Shown: positions 15,001 through 28,119 of the stretch, piece by piece | Layout of the letters: each line of letters opens with the position of its first letter | Numbering within the stretch: the first letter of the stretch is position 1 | From: Eledone cirrhosa | Lineage: Eukaryota | Reading direction: 5' to 3' | Assembly: GCA_964016885.1 (NCBI GenBank) | Contig: OZ024744.1 | Location: forward strand, 92,318,001 to 92,382,000 | Length of the DNA: 64,000 nt | The notes under the pieces: generated by a model | The model's input: only the letters and a program-made list of their open reading frames with translations | The model's database searches: none | What the model was told of the DNA's origin: nothing | Made by a program: the position numbers and the translations under genes

Positions 15001-18000
15001 TTCTTTTACTGGTTTCAGTCATTGGACTGTAGCCATGCTGGGGCACTGCATTCTTTTACTGGTTTCTGTCATTAGACTGTGGCCATGCTGGGGCACTGCA
15101 TTCTTTTACTGGTTTCAGTCATTGGACTGTAGCCATGCTGGGGCACTGCATTCTTTTACTGGTTTCAGTCATTGGACTGTGGCCATGCTGGGGCACTGCC
15201 TTCTTTTACTGGTTCCAGTCATTAGACTGTGGCCATGCTGGGGCACTGCATTCTTTTACTGGTTTCTGTCATTTGACTGTGGCTATGCTGGGGCACTGCC
15301 TACTTTTACTGGTTTCAGTCATTGGACTGTGGCCATGCTGGAGCACTGCCTTCTTTTACTGGTTTAAGTCATTAGACTGTGGCCATGCTGTGGCACTGCC
15401 TTCTTTTACTGGTTTCTGTCATTAGACTGTGGCCATGCTGGGGCACTGCATTCTTTTACTGGTTTCAGTCATTAGGCTGTGGCCATGCTGGGGCACTGCC
15501 TTCTTTTACTGGTTTCTGTCATTAGACTGTGGCCATGCTGGGGCACTGCATTCTTTTACTGGTTTCTGTCATTTGACTGTGGCCACGCCAGGTCACTGCA
15601 TTCTTTTACTGGTTTCAGTCATTGGACTGTGGCCATGCTGGAGCACTGCCTTCTTTTACTGGTTTCAGTCATTAGACTGTGGCCATGCTGTGGCACTGCC
15701 TTCTTTTACTGGTTTCTGTCATTAGACTGTGGCCATGCTGGGGCAATGCATTCTTTTACTGGTTTCAGTCGTTAGTGGGTGGCCATGCTGGGGCACTGCC
15801 TTCTTTTACTGGTTTCAGTCATTAGACTGTGGCCATGCTGGGGCACTGCATTCTTTTACTGGTTTCTGTCATTTGACTGTGGCCATGCTGGGTCACTGCA
15901 TTCTTTTACTGGTTTCAGTCATTGGACTGTAGCCATGCTGGGGCACTGCCTTCTTTTACTGGTTTCTGTCATTAGACTGTGGCCATGCTGGGGCACTCCC
16001 TTCTTTTACTGGTTTCAGTCATTAGACTGTAGCCATGCTGGGGCACTGCCTTCTTTTACTGGTTTCAGTCATTAGGCTGTGGCCATGTTGGGGCACTGCC
16101 TTCTTTTACTGGTTTCAGTCATTGGACTGTGGCTATGCTGGGGCACTGCCTTCTTTTACTGGTTTCAGTCATAAGACTGTGGCCATGCTGGGGCACTGCA
16201 TTCTTGGACTGGTTTCTGTCATTTGACTGTGGCCATGCTGGGTCACTGCATTCTTTTACTGGTTTCAGTCATTGGACTGTAGCCATGCTGGGGCACTGCA
16301 TTCTTTTACTGGTTTCAGTCATTGGACTGTGGCCATGCTGGGGCACTGCATTCTTTTACTGGTTTCAGTCATTAGACTGTGGCCATGCTGGAGCACTGCA
16401 TTCTTTTACTGGTTTCAGTCATTAGACTCTGGCCATGCTTGGGCACTGCCTTCTTTTACTGGTTTCAGTTACTAGCCTGTGGCCATGCTGGGACACTGCC
16501 TTCTTTTACTGGTTTCTGTCATTAGACTGTGGCCATGCTGGGGCACTGCCTTCTTTTACTGGTTTCAGTCATTGGACTGTGGGCATGCTGGGGCACTGCC
16601 TTCTTTTACTGGTTTCAGTCATAAGACTGTGGCCATGCTGGGGCACTGCATTCTTGGACTGGTTTCTGTCATTTGACTGTGGCCATGCTGGGTCACTGCA
16701 TTCTTTTACTGGTTTCAGTCATTGGACTGTAGCCATGCTGGGGCACTGCATTCTTTTACTGGTTTCAGTCATTGGACTGTGGCCATGCTGGGGCACTGCA
16801 TTCTTTTACTGGTTTCAGTCATTAGACTGTGGCCATGCTGGAGCACTGCATTCTTTTACTGGTTTCAGTCATTAGACTCTGGCCATGCTTGGGCACTGCC
16901 TTCTTTTACTGGTTTCAGTTACTAGTCTGTGGCCATGCTGGGACACTGCCTTCTTTTACTGGTTTCTGTCATTAGACTGTGGCCATGCTGGGGCACTCCC
17001 TTCTTTTACTGGTTTCAGTCATTGGACTGTGGCCATGCTGGGGCACTGCCTTCTTTTACTGGTTTCAGTCATAAGACTGTGGCCATGCTGGGGCACTGCC
17101 TTCTTTTACTGGTTTCAGTCATTAGACTGTGGCCATGCTGGGGCACTGTCTTCTTTTACTGGTTTCAGTCATTAGACTGTGGCCATGCTGGAGCACTGCA
17201 TTCTTTTACTGGTTTCTGTCATTTGACTGTGGCCATGCTGGGTCACTGCATTCTTTTACTGGTTTCAGTCATTGGACTGTAGCCATGCTGGGGCACTGCC
17301 TTCTTTTACTGGTTTCTGTCATTTGACTGTGGCCATGCTGGGTCACTGCATTCTTTTACTGGTTTCAGTCATTGGACTGTAGCCATGCTGGGGCACTGCA
17401 TTCTTTTACTGGTTTCAGTCATTGGACTGTGGCCATGCTGGGGCACTGCCTTCTTTTACTGGTTCCAGTCATTAGACTGTGGCCATGCTGGGTCACTGCA
17501 TTCTTTTACTGGTTTCAGTCATTGGACTGTAGCCATGCTGGGGCACTGCCTTCTTTTACTGGTTTCAGTCATTGGACTGTGGCCATGCTGGGGCACTGCC
17601 TTCTTTTACTGGTTTCAGTCATTGGACTGTGGCCATGCTGGGGCACTGCCTTCTTTTACTGGTTTCAGTCATTAGACTGTAGCCATGCTGGGGCACTGCC
17701 TTCTTTTACTGGTTTCAGTCATTGCACTGTGGCCAGGCTGGGGCACTGCCTTCTTTTACTGGTTTCTGTCATTAGACTGTGGCCATGCTGGGTCACTGCA
17801 TTCTTTTACTGGTTTCAGTCATTGGACTGTAGCCATGCTGGGGCACTGCCTTCTTTTACTGGTTCCAGTCATTAGACTGTGGCCATGCTGGGGCACTGCC
17901 TTCTTTTACTGGTTTCAGTCATTGGACTGTGGCCATGCTGGGGCACTGCCTTCTTTTACTGGTTCCAGTCATTAGACTGTGGCCATGCTGGGGCACTGCA

Positions 18001-21000
18001 TTCTTTTACTGGTTTCTGTCATTTGACTGTGGCCATGCTGGGTCACTGCATTCTTTTACTGGTTTCAGTCATTGGACTGTAGCCATGCTGGGGCACTGCA
18101 TTCTTTTACTGGTTTCTGTCATTAGACTGTGGCCATGCTGGGGCACTGCATTCTTTTACTGGTTTCAGTCATTGGACTGTAGCCATGCTGGGGCACTGCA
18201 TTCTTTTACTGGTTTCAGTCATTGGACTGTGGCCATGCTGGGGCACTGCCTTCTTTTACTGGTTCCAGTCATTAGACTGTGGCCATGCTGGGGCACTGCA
18301 TTCTTTTACTGGTTTCTGTCATTTGACTGTGGCTATGCTGGGGCACTGCCTACTTTTACTGGTTTCAGTCATTGGACTGTGGCCATGCTGGAGCACTGCC
18401 TTCTTTTACTGGTTCCAGTCATTAGACTGTGGCCATGCTGGGGCACTGCCTTCTTTTACTGGTTTAAGTCATTAGACTGTGGCCATGCTGTGGCACTGCC
18501 TTCTTTTACTGGTTTCTGTCATTAGACTGTGGCCATGCTGGGGCACTGCATTCTTTTACTGGTTTCAGTCATTAGGCTGTGGCCATGCTGGGGCACTGCC
18601 TTCTTTTACTGGTTTCTGTCATTAGACTGTGGCCATGCTGGGGCACTGCATTCTTTTACTGGTTTCTGTCATTTGACTGTGGCCACGCCAGGTCACTGCA
18701 TTCTTTTACTGGTTTCAGTCATTGGACTGTGGCCATGCTGGAGCACTGCCTTCTTTTACTGGTTTCAGTCATTAGACTGTGGCCATGCTGTGGCACTGCC
18801 TTCTTTTACTGGTTTCTGTCATTAGACTGTGGCCATGCTGGGGCAATGCATTCTTTTACTGGTTTCAGTCGTTAGACTGTGGCCATGCTGGGGCACTGCC
18901 TTCTTTTACTGGTTTCAGTCATTAGACTGTGGCCATGCTGGGGCACTGCATTCTTTTACTGGTTTCTGTCATTTGACTGTGGCCATGCTGGGTCACTGCA
19001 TTCTTTTACTGGTTTCAGTCATTGGACTGTAGCCATGCTGGGGCACTGCCTTCTTTTACTGGTTTCTGTCATTAGACTGTGGCCATGCTGGGGCACTCCC
19101 TTCTTTTACTGGTTTCAGTCATTAGACTGTAGCCATGCTGGGGCACTGCCTTCTTTTACTGGTTTCAGTCATTAGGCTGTGGCCATGCTGGGGCACTGTC
19201 TTCTTTTACTGGTTTCAGTCATTGGACTGTGGCTATGCTGGGGCACTGCCTTCTTTTACTGGTTTCAGTCATAAGACTGTGGCCATGCTGGGGCACTGCA
19301 TTCTTGGACTGGTTTCTGTCATTTGACTGTGGCCATGCTGGGTCACTGCATTCTTTTACTGGTTTCAGTCATTGGACTGTAGCCATGCTGGGGCACTGCA
19401 TTCATTTACTGGTTTCAGTCATTGGACTGTGGCCATGCTGGGGCACTGCATTCTTTTACTGGTTTCAGTCATTAGACTGTGGCCATGCTGGAGCACTGCA
19501 TTCTTTTACTGGTTTCAGTCATTAGACTCTGGCCATGCTTGGGCACTGCCTTCTTTTACTGGTTTCAGTTACTAGTCTGTAGCCATGCTGGGACACTGCC
19601 TTCTTTTACTGGTTTCTGTCATTAGACTGTGGCCATGCTGGGGCACTCCCTTCTTTTACTGGTTTCAGTCATTGGACTGTGGCCATGCTGGGGCACTGCC
19701 TTCTTTTACTGGTTTCAGTCATAAGACTGTGGCCATGCTGGGGCACTGCTTTCTTTTACTGGTTTCAGTCATTAGACTGTGGCCATGCTGTGGCACTGCA
19801 TTCTTTTACTGGTTTCAGTCATTGGACTGTGGCCATGCTGGGGCACTGTCTTCTTTTACTGGTTTCAGTCATTAGACTGTGGCCATGCTGGGGCACTGCA
19901 TTCTTTTACTGGTTTCTGTCATTTGACTGTGGCCATGCTGGGTCACTGCATTCTTTTACTGGTTTCAGTCATTGGACTGTAGCCATGCTGGGGCACTGCC
20001 TTCTTTTACTGGTTTCTGTCATTTGACTGTGGCCATGCTGGGTCACTGCATTTTTTTACTGGTTTCAGTCATTGGACTGTAGCCATGCTGGGGCACTGCA
20101 TTCTTTTACTGGTTTCAGTCATTGGACTGTGGCCATGCTGGGGCACTGCCTTCTTTTACTGGTTCCAGTCATTAGACTGTGGCCATGCTGGGTCACTGCA
20201 TTCTTTTACTGGTTTCAGTCATTGGACTGTAGCCATGCTGGGGCACTGCCTTCTTTTACTGGTTTCAGTCATTGGACTGTGGCCATGCTGGGGCACTGCC
20301 TTCTTTTACTGGTTTCAGTCATTGGACTGTGGCGATGCTGGGGCACTGCCTTCTTTTACTGGTTTCAGTCATTAGACTGTGGCTATGCTGGGGCACTGCC
20401 TACTTTTACTGGTTTCAGTCATTGGACTGTGGCCATGCTGGGACACTGCTTTCTTTTACTGGTTTCAGTCATTGGACTGTAGCCATGCTGGGGCACTGCC
20501 TTCTTTTACTGGTTTCAGTCATTGCACTGTGGCCAGGCTGGGGCACTGCCTTCTTTTACTGGTTTCTGTCATTAGACTGTGGCCATGCTGGGTCACTGCA
20601 TTCTTTTACTGGTTTCAGTCATTGGACTGTAGCCATGCTGGGGCACTGCCTTCTTTTACTGGTTTCAGTCATTAGACTGTGGCCATGCTGGGGCACTCAC
20701 TTCTTTTACTGGTTTCAGTCATTAGACTGTAGCCATGCTGGGGCACTGCCTTCTTTTACTGGTTTCAGTCATTGGACCGTGCCCATGCTGGAGCAACGCA
20801 TTCTTTTACTGGTTTCAGTCATTGGACTGTGGCCATGCTGGGGCACTGCCTTCTTTTACTGGTTTCAGTCATAAGACTGTGGCCATGCTGGGGCACTGCC
20901 TTCTTTTACTGGTTTCAGTCATTAGACTGTGGCCATGCTGTGGCACTGCATTCTTTTACTGGTTTCAGTCATTGGACTGTGTCCATGCTGGGGCACTGCT

Positions 21001-24000
21001 TTATTTTACTGGTTTCAGTCATTGGACTGTGGCCATGCTGGCGCACTCCCTTCTTTTACTGGTTTCAGTCATTGGACTGTGGCCATGCTGGGGCACTGCC
21101 TTCTTTTACTGGTTTCAGTCATTGGACTGTGGCCATGCTGGAGCACTGCCTTCTATTACTGGTTTCTGCCATTAGACTGTGGCCATGCTGGGGCACTGCC
21201 TTCTTTTACTGGTTTCAGTCATTAGACTGTGGCCATGCTGGAGCACTGCCTTCTTTTACTGGTTTCAGTCATTTGACTGTGGCCATGGTGGGTCATGCAT
21301 TCTTTTACTGGTTTCAGTCATTGGACTGTAGCCATGCTGGGGCACTGTTTTCTTTTACTGGTTTCAGTCATTGGACTGTGGCCATGCTGGGGCACTGTTT
21401 TCTTTTACTGGTTTCAGTCATTGGAATGTGGCCATGCTGGAGCACTGGATTCTTTTACTGGTTTCAGTCATTGGACTGTGGCCATGCTGGGGCACTGCCT
21501 TCTTTTACTGGTTTCAGTCATTAGACTGTGGACATGCTGGGGCACTGCCTTCTTTTACTGGTTTCAGTCATTAGACTGTGGCCATGCTGGAGCACTGCAT
21601 TCTTTTACTGGTTTCAGTCATTAGACTCTGGCCATGCTGGGGCACTGCATTCTTTTACTGGTTTCAGTCATTAGACTCTGGCCATGCTTACGCACTGCCT
21701 TCTTTTACTGGTTTCAGTTACTAGTCTGGGGCCATGCTGGGGCACTGCCTTCTTTTACTGGTTTCAGTCATTGGACTGTGGCCATGCTGGGGCACTGCAT
21801 CCTTTTACTGTTTTCAGTCATTAGACTGTGGCCATGCTGGGGCACTGCATTCTTTTACTGGTTTCAGTCATTGGACTGTGGCCATGCTGGGGCACTGCAT
21901 CCTTTTACTGGTTTCCGTCATTAGACTGTGGCCATGCTGGGGCACTGCATTCTTTGACTGGTTTCAGTCATTGGACTGTGGCCATGTTGGGGCACTGCCT
22001 TCTTTTAATGGTTTCAGTCATTGGACTGTGGCCATGCTGGAGCAACGCATTCTTTTACTGGTTTCAGTCATTAGACTGTGGCCATGCTGGGGCACTGCAT
22101 TCTTTTACTGGTTTCAGTCATTGGACTGTGGCCATGCTGGTGCACTGCCTTCTTTTACTGGTTTCAGTCATTAGACTGTGGCCTTGCTGGGGCACTGCCT
22201 TCTTTTACTGGTTTCAGTCATTAGACTGTGGCCATGTTAGGGCATTGCATTCTCTTACTTGTTTCTGTCATTAGACTGTGGTCATGCTACGGCACTGCCT
22301 TCTTTTACTGGTTTCAGTCATTAGACTGTGACCATGCTGGGGCACTGCCTTCTTTTACTGGTTTCAGTCATTAGACTGTGGCCATGCTGGGGCACTGCAT
22401 TCTTTTACTGGTTTCAGTCATTAGACTGTGGCCATGCTGGGGCACTGCCTTCTTTTACTGTTTTCACTCATTGGACTGTGGCCATGCTGTGGCACTGCCT
22501 TCTTTTACTGGTTTTAGTCATTAGACTGTCGCCATGCTGGGGCACTGCCTTCTTTTACTGGTTTCAGTCATTAGACTGTGGCCATGCTGGGGCACTGCAT
22601 TCTTTTACTGCTTTCAGTCATTAGACTGTGGCCATGCTGGGGCACTGCCGTCTTTTACTGGTTTCAGTCATTAGACTGTGGCCATGCTGGGGCACTGCAT
22701 TCTTTTAGTGGTTTCAGTCATTATATTGTGGCCATGCTGGGGCACTGCCTTCTTTTACTGGTTTCAGTCATTAGACTGTGGCCATGCTGGAGCACTCCAT
22801 TCTTTTACTGGTTTCAGTCATTAGACTGTGGCCATGCTGGGGCACTGCATTCTTTTACTGGTTTCTGTCATTTGACTGTGGCCATGCTGGGTCACTGCAT
22901 TCTTTTACTGGTTTCAGTCATTGGACTGTAGCCATGCTGGGGCACTGCCTTCTTTTACTGGTTTCTGTCATTTGACTGTGGCCATGCTGGGTCACTGCAT
23001 TCTTTTACTGGTTTCAGTCATTGGACTGTAGCCATGCTGGGGCACTGCATTCTTTTACTGGTTTCAGTCATTGGACTGTGGCCATGCTGGGGCACTGCCT
23101 TCTTTTACTGGTTCCAGTCATTAGACTGTGGCCATGCTGGGTCACTGCATTCTTTTACTGGTTTCAGTCATTGGACTGTAGCCATGCTGGGGCACTGCCT
23201 TCTTTTACTGGTTTCAGTCATTGGACTGTGGCCATGCTGGGGCACTGCCTTCTTTTACTGGTTTCAGTCATTGGACTGTGGCCATGCTGGGGCACTGCCT
23301 TCTTTTACTGGTTTCAGTCATTAGACTGTGGCCATGCTGGGGCACTGCATTCTTTTACTGGTTTCAGTCATTGGACTGTGGCCATGCTGGGACACTGCTT
23401 TCTTTTACTGGTTTCAGTCATTGGACTGTAGCCATGCTGGGGCACTGCCTTCTTTTACTGGTTTCATCATTGCACTGTGGCCAGGCTGGGGCACTGCCTT
23501 CTTTTACTGGTTTCTGTCATTAGACTGTGGCCATGCTGGGTCACTGCATTCTTTTACTGGTTTCAGTCATTGGACTGTAGCCATGCTGGGGCACTGCCTT
23601 CTTTTACTGGTTTCAGTCATTAGACTGTGGCCATGCTGGGGCACTCCCTTCTTTTACTGGTTTCAGTCATTAGACTGTAGCCATGCTGGGGCACTGCCTT
23701 CTTTTACTGGTTTCAGTCATTGGACCGTGCCCATGCTTACGCACTGCCTTCTTTTACTGGTTTCAGTCATTGGACTGTGGCCATGCTGGGGCACTGCCTT
23801 CTTTTACTGGTTTCAGTCATAAGACTGTGGCCATGCTGGGGCACTGCCTTCTTTTACTGGTTTCAGTCATTAGACTGTGGCCATGCTGTGGCACTGCATT
23901 CTTTTACTGGTTTCAGTCATTGGACTGTGTCCATGCTGGGGCACTGCTTTATTTTACTGGTTTCAGTCATTGGACTGTGGCCATGCTGGCGCACTCCCTT

Positions 24001-26105
24001 CTTTTACTGGTTTCAGTCATTGGACTGTGGCCATGCTGGGGCACTGCCTTCTTTTACTGGTTTCAGTCATTGGACTGTGGCCATGCTGGAGCACTGCCTT
24101 CTATTACTGGTTTCTGTCATTAGACTGTGGCCATGCTGGGGCACTGCCTTCTTTTACTGGTTTCAGTCATTAGACTGTGGCCATGCTGGAGCACTGCCTT
24201 CTTTTACTGGTTTCAGTCATTTGACTGTGGCCATGGTGGGTCACTGCATTCTTTTACTGGTTTCAGTCATTGGACTGTAGCCATGCTGGGGCACTGTTTT
24301 CTTTTACTGGTTTCAGTCATTGGACTGTGGCCATGCTGGGGCACTGTTTTCTTTTACTGGTTTCAGTCATTGGAATGTGGCCATGCTGGAGCACTGGATT
24401 CTTTTACTGGTTTCAGTCATTGGACTGTGGCCATGCTGGGGCACTGCCTTCTTTTACTGGTTTCAGTCATTGGACTGTGGACATGCTGGGGCACTGCCTT
24501 CTTTTACTGGTTTCAGTCATTAGACTGTGGCCATGCTGGAGCACTGCATTCTTTTACTGGTTTCAGTCATTAGACTCTGGCCATGCTGGGGCACTGCATT
24601 CTTTTACTGGTTTCAGTCATTAGACTCTGGCCATGCTTACGCACTGCCTTCTTTTACTGGTTTCAGTTACTAGTCTGGGGCCATGCTGGGGCACTGCCTT
24701 CTTTTACTGGTTTCAGTCATTGGACTGTGGCCATGCTGGGGCACTGCATCCTTTTACTGTTTTCAGTCATTAGACTGTGGCCATGCTGGGGCACTGCATT
24801 CTTTTACTGGTTTCAGTCATTGGACTGTGGCCATGCTGGGGCACTGCATCCTTTTACTGGTTTCCGTCATTAGACTGTGGCCATGCTGGGGCACTGCATT
24901 CTTTTACTGGTTTCAGTCATTGGACTGTGGCCATGTTGGGGCACTGCCTTCTTTTAATGGTTTCAGTCATTGGACTGTGGCCATGCTGGAGCAACGCATT
25001 CTTTTACTGGTTTCAGTCATTAGACTGTGGCCATGCTGGGGCACTGCATTCTTTTACTGGTTTCAGTCATTGGACTGTGGCCATGCTGGTGCACTGCCTT
25101 CTTTTACTGGTTTCAGTCATTAGACTGTGGCCATGCTGGGGCACTGCCTTCTTTTACTGGTTTCAGTCATTAGACTGTGGCCATGTTAGGGCATTGCATT
25201 CTCTTACTTGTTTCTGTCATTAGACTGTGGTCATGCTACGGCACTGCCTTCTTTTACTGGTTTCAGTCATTAGACTGTGACCATGCTGGGGCACTGCCTT
25301 CTTCTACTGGTTTCAGTCATTAGACTGTGGCCATGCTGGGGCACTGCATTCTTTTACTGGTTTCAGTCATTAGACTGTGGCCATGCTGGGGCACTGCCTT
25401 CTTTTACTGTTTTCACTCATTGGACTGTGGCCATGCTGTGGCACTGCCTTCTTTTACTGGTTTTAGTCATTAGACTGTCGCCATGCTGGGGCACTGCCTT
25501 CTTTTACTGGTTTCAGTCATTAGACTGTGGCCATGCTGGGGCACTGCATTCTTTTACTGCTTTCAGTCATTAGACTGTGGCCATGCTGGGGCACTGCCGT
25601 CTTTTACTGGTTTCAGTCATTAGACTGTGGCCATGCTGGGGCACTGCATTCTTTTAGTGGTTTCAGTCATTATATTGTGGCCATGCTGGGGCACTGCCTT
25701 CTTTTACTGGTTTCAGTCATTAGACTGTGGCCATGCTGGAGCACTCCATTCTTTTACTGGTTTCAGTCATTAGACTGTGGCCATGCTGTGGCACAGCCTA
25801 CTTTTACTGGTTTCAGTCCTTAGATTGTGTCCATGCTGGGGCACTGCATTCTTTTACTGGTTTCAGTCATTAGACTGTGGCAATGCTGGGGTACTGGATT
25901 CTTTTACTGGTTTCAGTCATTAGACTGTGGCCATGCTGTGACACAGCCTACTTCTACTGGTTTCAGTCCTTAGATTGTGGCCATGCTGGGGCACTGCATT
26001 CTTTTACTGGTTTCAGTCATTATACTGTGGCAATGCTGGGGTACTGGATTCTTTTACTGGTTTCAGTCATTAGACTGTGGCCATGCTGGGGCACTGCCTA
26101 CTTTT
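1..26105. repeat. 50-bp tandem satellite array, consensus TTCTTTTACTGGTTTCAGTCATTAGACTGTGGCCATGCTGGGGCACTGCC, ~520 monomers, running off the left edge of the window
   Basis: Strict 50-bp period read directly. Only three 1-bp phase shifts seen (~2612, ~21295, ~23466). Each monomer contains a CAGTC-N4-GACTG hairpin. Confidence 0.99.
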
Positions 26106-26264
26106 ACAGTCTAATGACTGAAACCAGTAAAAGAATGCAGTGCCCCAGCATGGCCACAATCTAAGGACTGAAACCAGTAAAAGTAGGCTGTGCCACAGCA
26201 TGGCCACAGTCTAATGACTGAAACCAGTAAAAGAATGGAGTGCTCCAGCATGGCCACAGTCTAA
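26106..26264 (-). repeat. Inverted copy of ~3 satellite monomers (snap-back of ~25720-25878)
   Basis: Reverse complement matches 25720-25878, including its rare variants (GAGCACTCCATT, GCACAGCCTAC, AGTCCTTAGATT), with one mismatch. Confidence 0.95.
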
Positions 26265-28119
26265 GAGAGAGAGATAGCTTTTATATCTGAGAAAAATATA
26301 TTGTTTTACATAGAGAGGTTGAAAAACCGTTGGAAGATAATGTATAAATTAAAAGAATTTGAAAATTAACGAAGAGAAAAATAATGTCAAGTTAAGGTTT
26401 GTATATTGAAGGGTTTAATAATATGTGCGATGAAAAGAAATTGTTAATATGTATTAAGAATGATATTTAAGGGTTTAATAATATGTGCGATGGAAAGAAA
26501 ATGTTAATATGTATTAAGAATAATTTTAGGGTTTAATAATATGTGCGATGGAAAGAAAATGTTGATATGTATTATTAAAAAAACAGAAGTAATGTAAGTA
26601 AGGATATATTGTGAGATGAGCATGAATAAGTTAGATGAAAGTGAGAAAAAAATAATGAATAGAGGATGAATAATCTAACGTCAAAAAATGTTTATGTTTA
26701 CGAAGGATTTTTTCAAGGTGATATAAAGTAAGAATATAGTGTATTGTGTAATAATTGTTTCTATGTTAGGCACAGTGAGAAAAGGTACAGATTAGGGGTT
26801 AGAAATTAAAAGAAAAAGAAAAGAAAAGGAAAAGGAAGAAAGGGAAGTGATGAATATGAATGATATAGAATATGATAAATAACTTTGAAATAAGGTAGAA
26901 AGATGGGTATATTTTTAAAGAAGTATATATATATATATATATGTGTGCCTCTGAGAAAAGGATTCTGAATTGATAAAGTTTAGGATATTAGCTGTATACT
27001 TTATGGAAAGTTCTGTGGAATTGATGCAAGCAGATAGAAAACAAGTCAGTGCGTCTATTTATTATAGAATCTAAATTAGATATAATGGTAAATTTTTCAT
27101 TCAGACAGAGATTGCAAGTCTTGGATAGAGAACTGTTCAAGTATGTAGAAGCAGAGGAAACCTTTTTCCAAGAGATGTTATATTTAATATTTTTGTCAAA
27201 TATAACATCTCTTGGAAAAAGGTTTCCTCTGCTTCTACATACTTGAACAGTTCTCTATCCAAGACTTGCAATCTCTGTCTGAATGAAAAATTTACCATTA
27301 TATCTAATTTAGATTCTATAATAAATAGACGCACTGACTTGTTTTCTATCTGCTTGCATAAATTCCACAGAACTTTCCATAAAGTATACAGCTAATATCC
27401 TAAACTTTATCAATTCAGAATCCTTTTCTCAAAGGCACACATATATATATATATATTTACTTCTTTAAAAATATACCCATCTTTCTACCTTATTTCAAAG
27501 TTATTTATCATATTCTATATCATTCATATTCATCACTTCCCTTTCTTCCTTTTCCTTTTCTTTTCTTTTTCTTTTAATTTCTAACCCCTAATCTGTACCT
27601 TTTCTCACTGTGCCTAACATAGAAACAATTATTACACAATACAATATATTCTTACTTTATATCACCTTGAAAAAATCCTTCGTAAACATAAACATTTTTT
27701 GACGTTAGATTATTCATCCTCTATTCATTATTTTTTTCTCACTTTCATCTAACTTATTCATGCTCATCTCACAATATATCCTTACTTACATTACTTCTGT
27801 TTTTTTAATAATACATATCAACATTTTCTTTCCATCGCACATATTATTAAACCCTAAAATTATTCTTAATACATATTAACATTTTCTTTCCATCGCACAT
27901 ATTATTAAACCCTTAAATATCATTCTTAATACATATTAACAATTTCTTTTCATCGCACATATTATTAAACCCTTCAATATACAAACCTTAACTTGACATT
28001 ATTTTTCTCTTCGTTAATTTTCAAATTCTTTTAATTTATACATTATCTTCCAACGGTTTTTCAACCTCTCTATGTAAAACAATATATTTTTCTCAGTTAT
28101 AAAAGCTATCTCTCTCTCT
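26264..28119. repeat. 1.86-kb near-perfect palindrome (arms ~920 bp, 12-nt loop at 27186-27197) made of Penelope 3' sequence
   Basis: Arms are reverse complements with at least 5 mismatches. Mirrored ORFs 27049+ and 27137- appear in the track. Each arm holds a 3x ~59-bp tandem repeat (26411-26575; ~27805-27975). Confidence 0.97.

Noticed and set aside
1-26105. CRISPR-like regular repeat
   Set aside because: No unique spacers, no cas genes, eukaryotic context.
1-26105. Hammerhead-like string CTAATGA-CT-GAAACCAGTA on the satellite minus strand
   Set aside because: The essential G5 is absent, stem II is missing and the flanks cannot form stem I.
80-26164. More than 150 hydrophobic ORFs (MAMLGHCLLLLVSVI...)
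   Set aside because: They are translations of the 50-bp monomer cycling through three frames; stops depend on the TAG/TGG loop variant. No sign of coding selection.
27049-27334. Twin 65-aa ORFs on opposite strands
   Set aside because: Mirror artefact of the palindrome; they start in the antisense of the PLE endonuclease frame.
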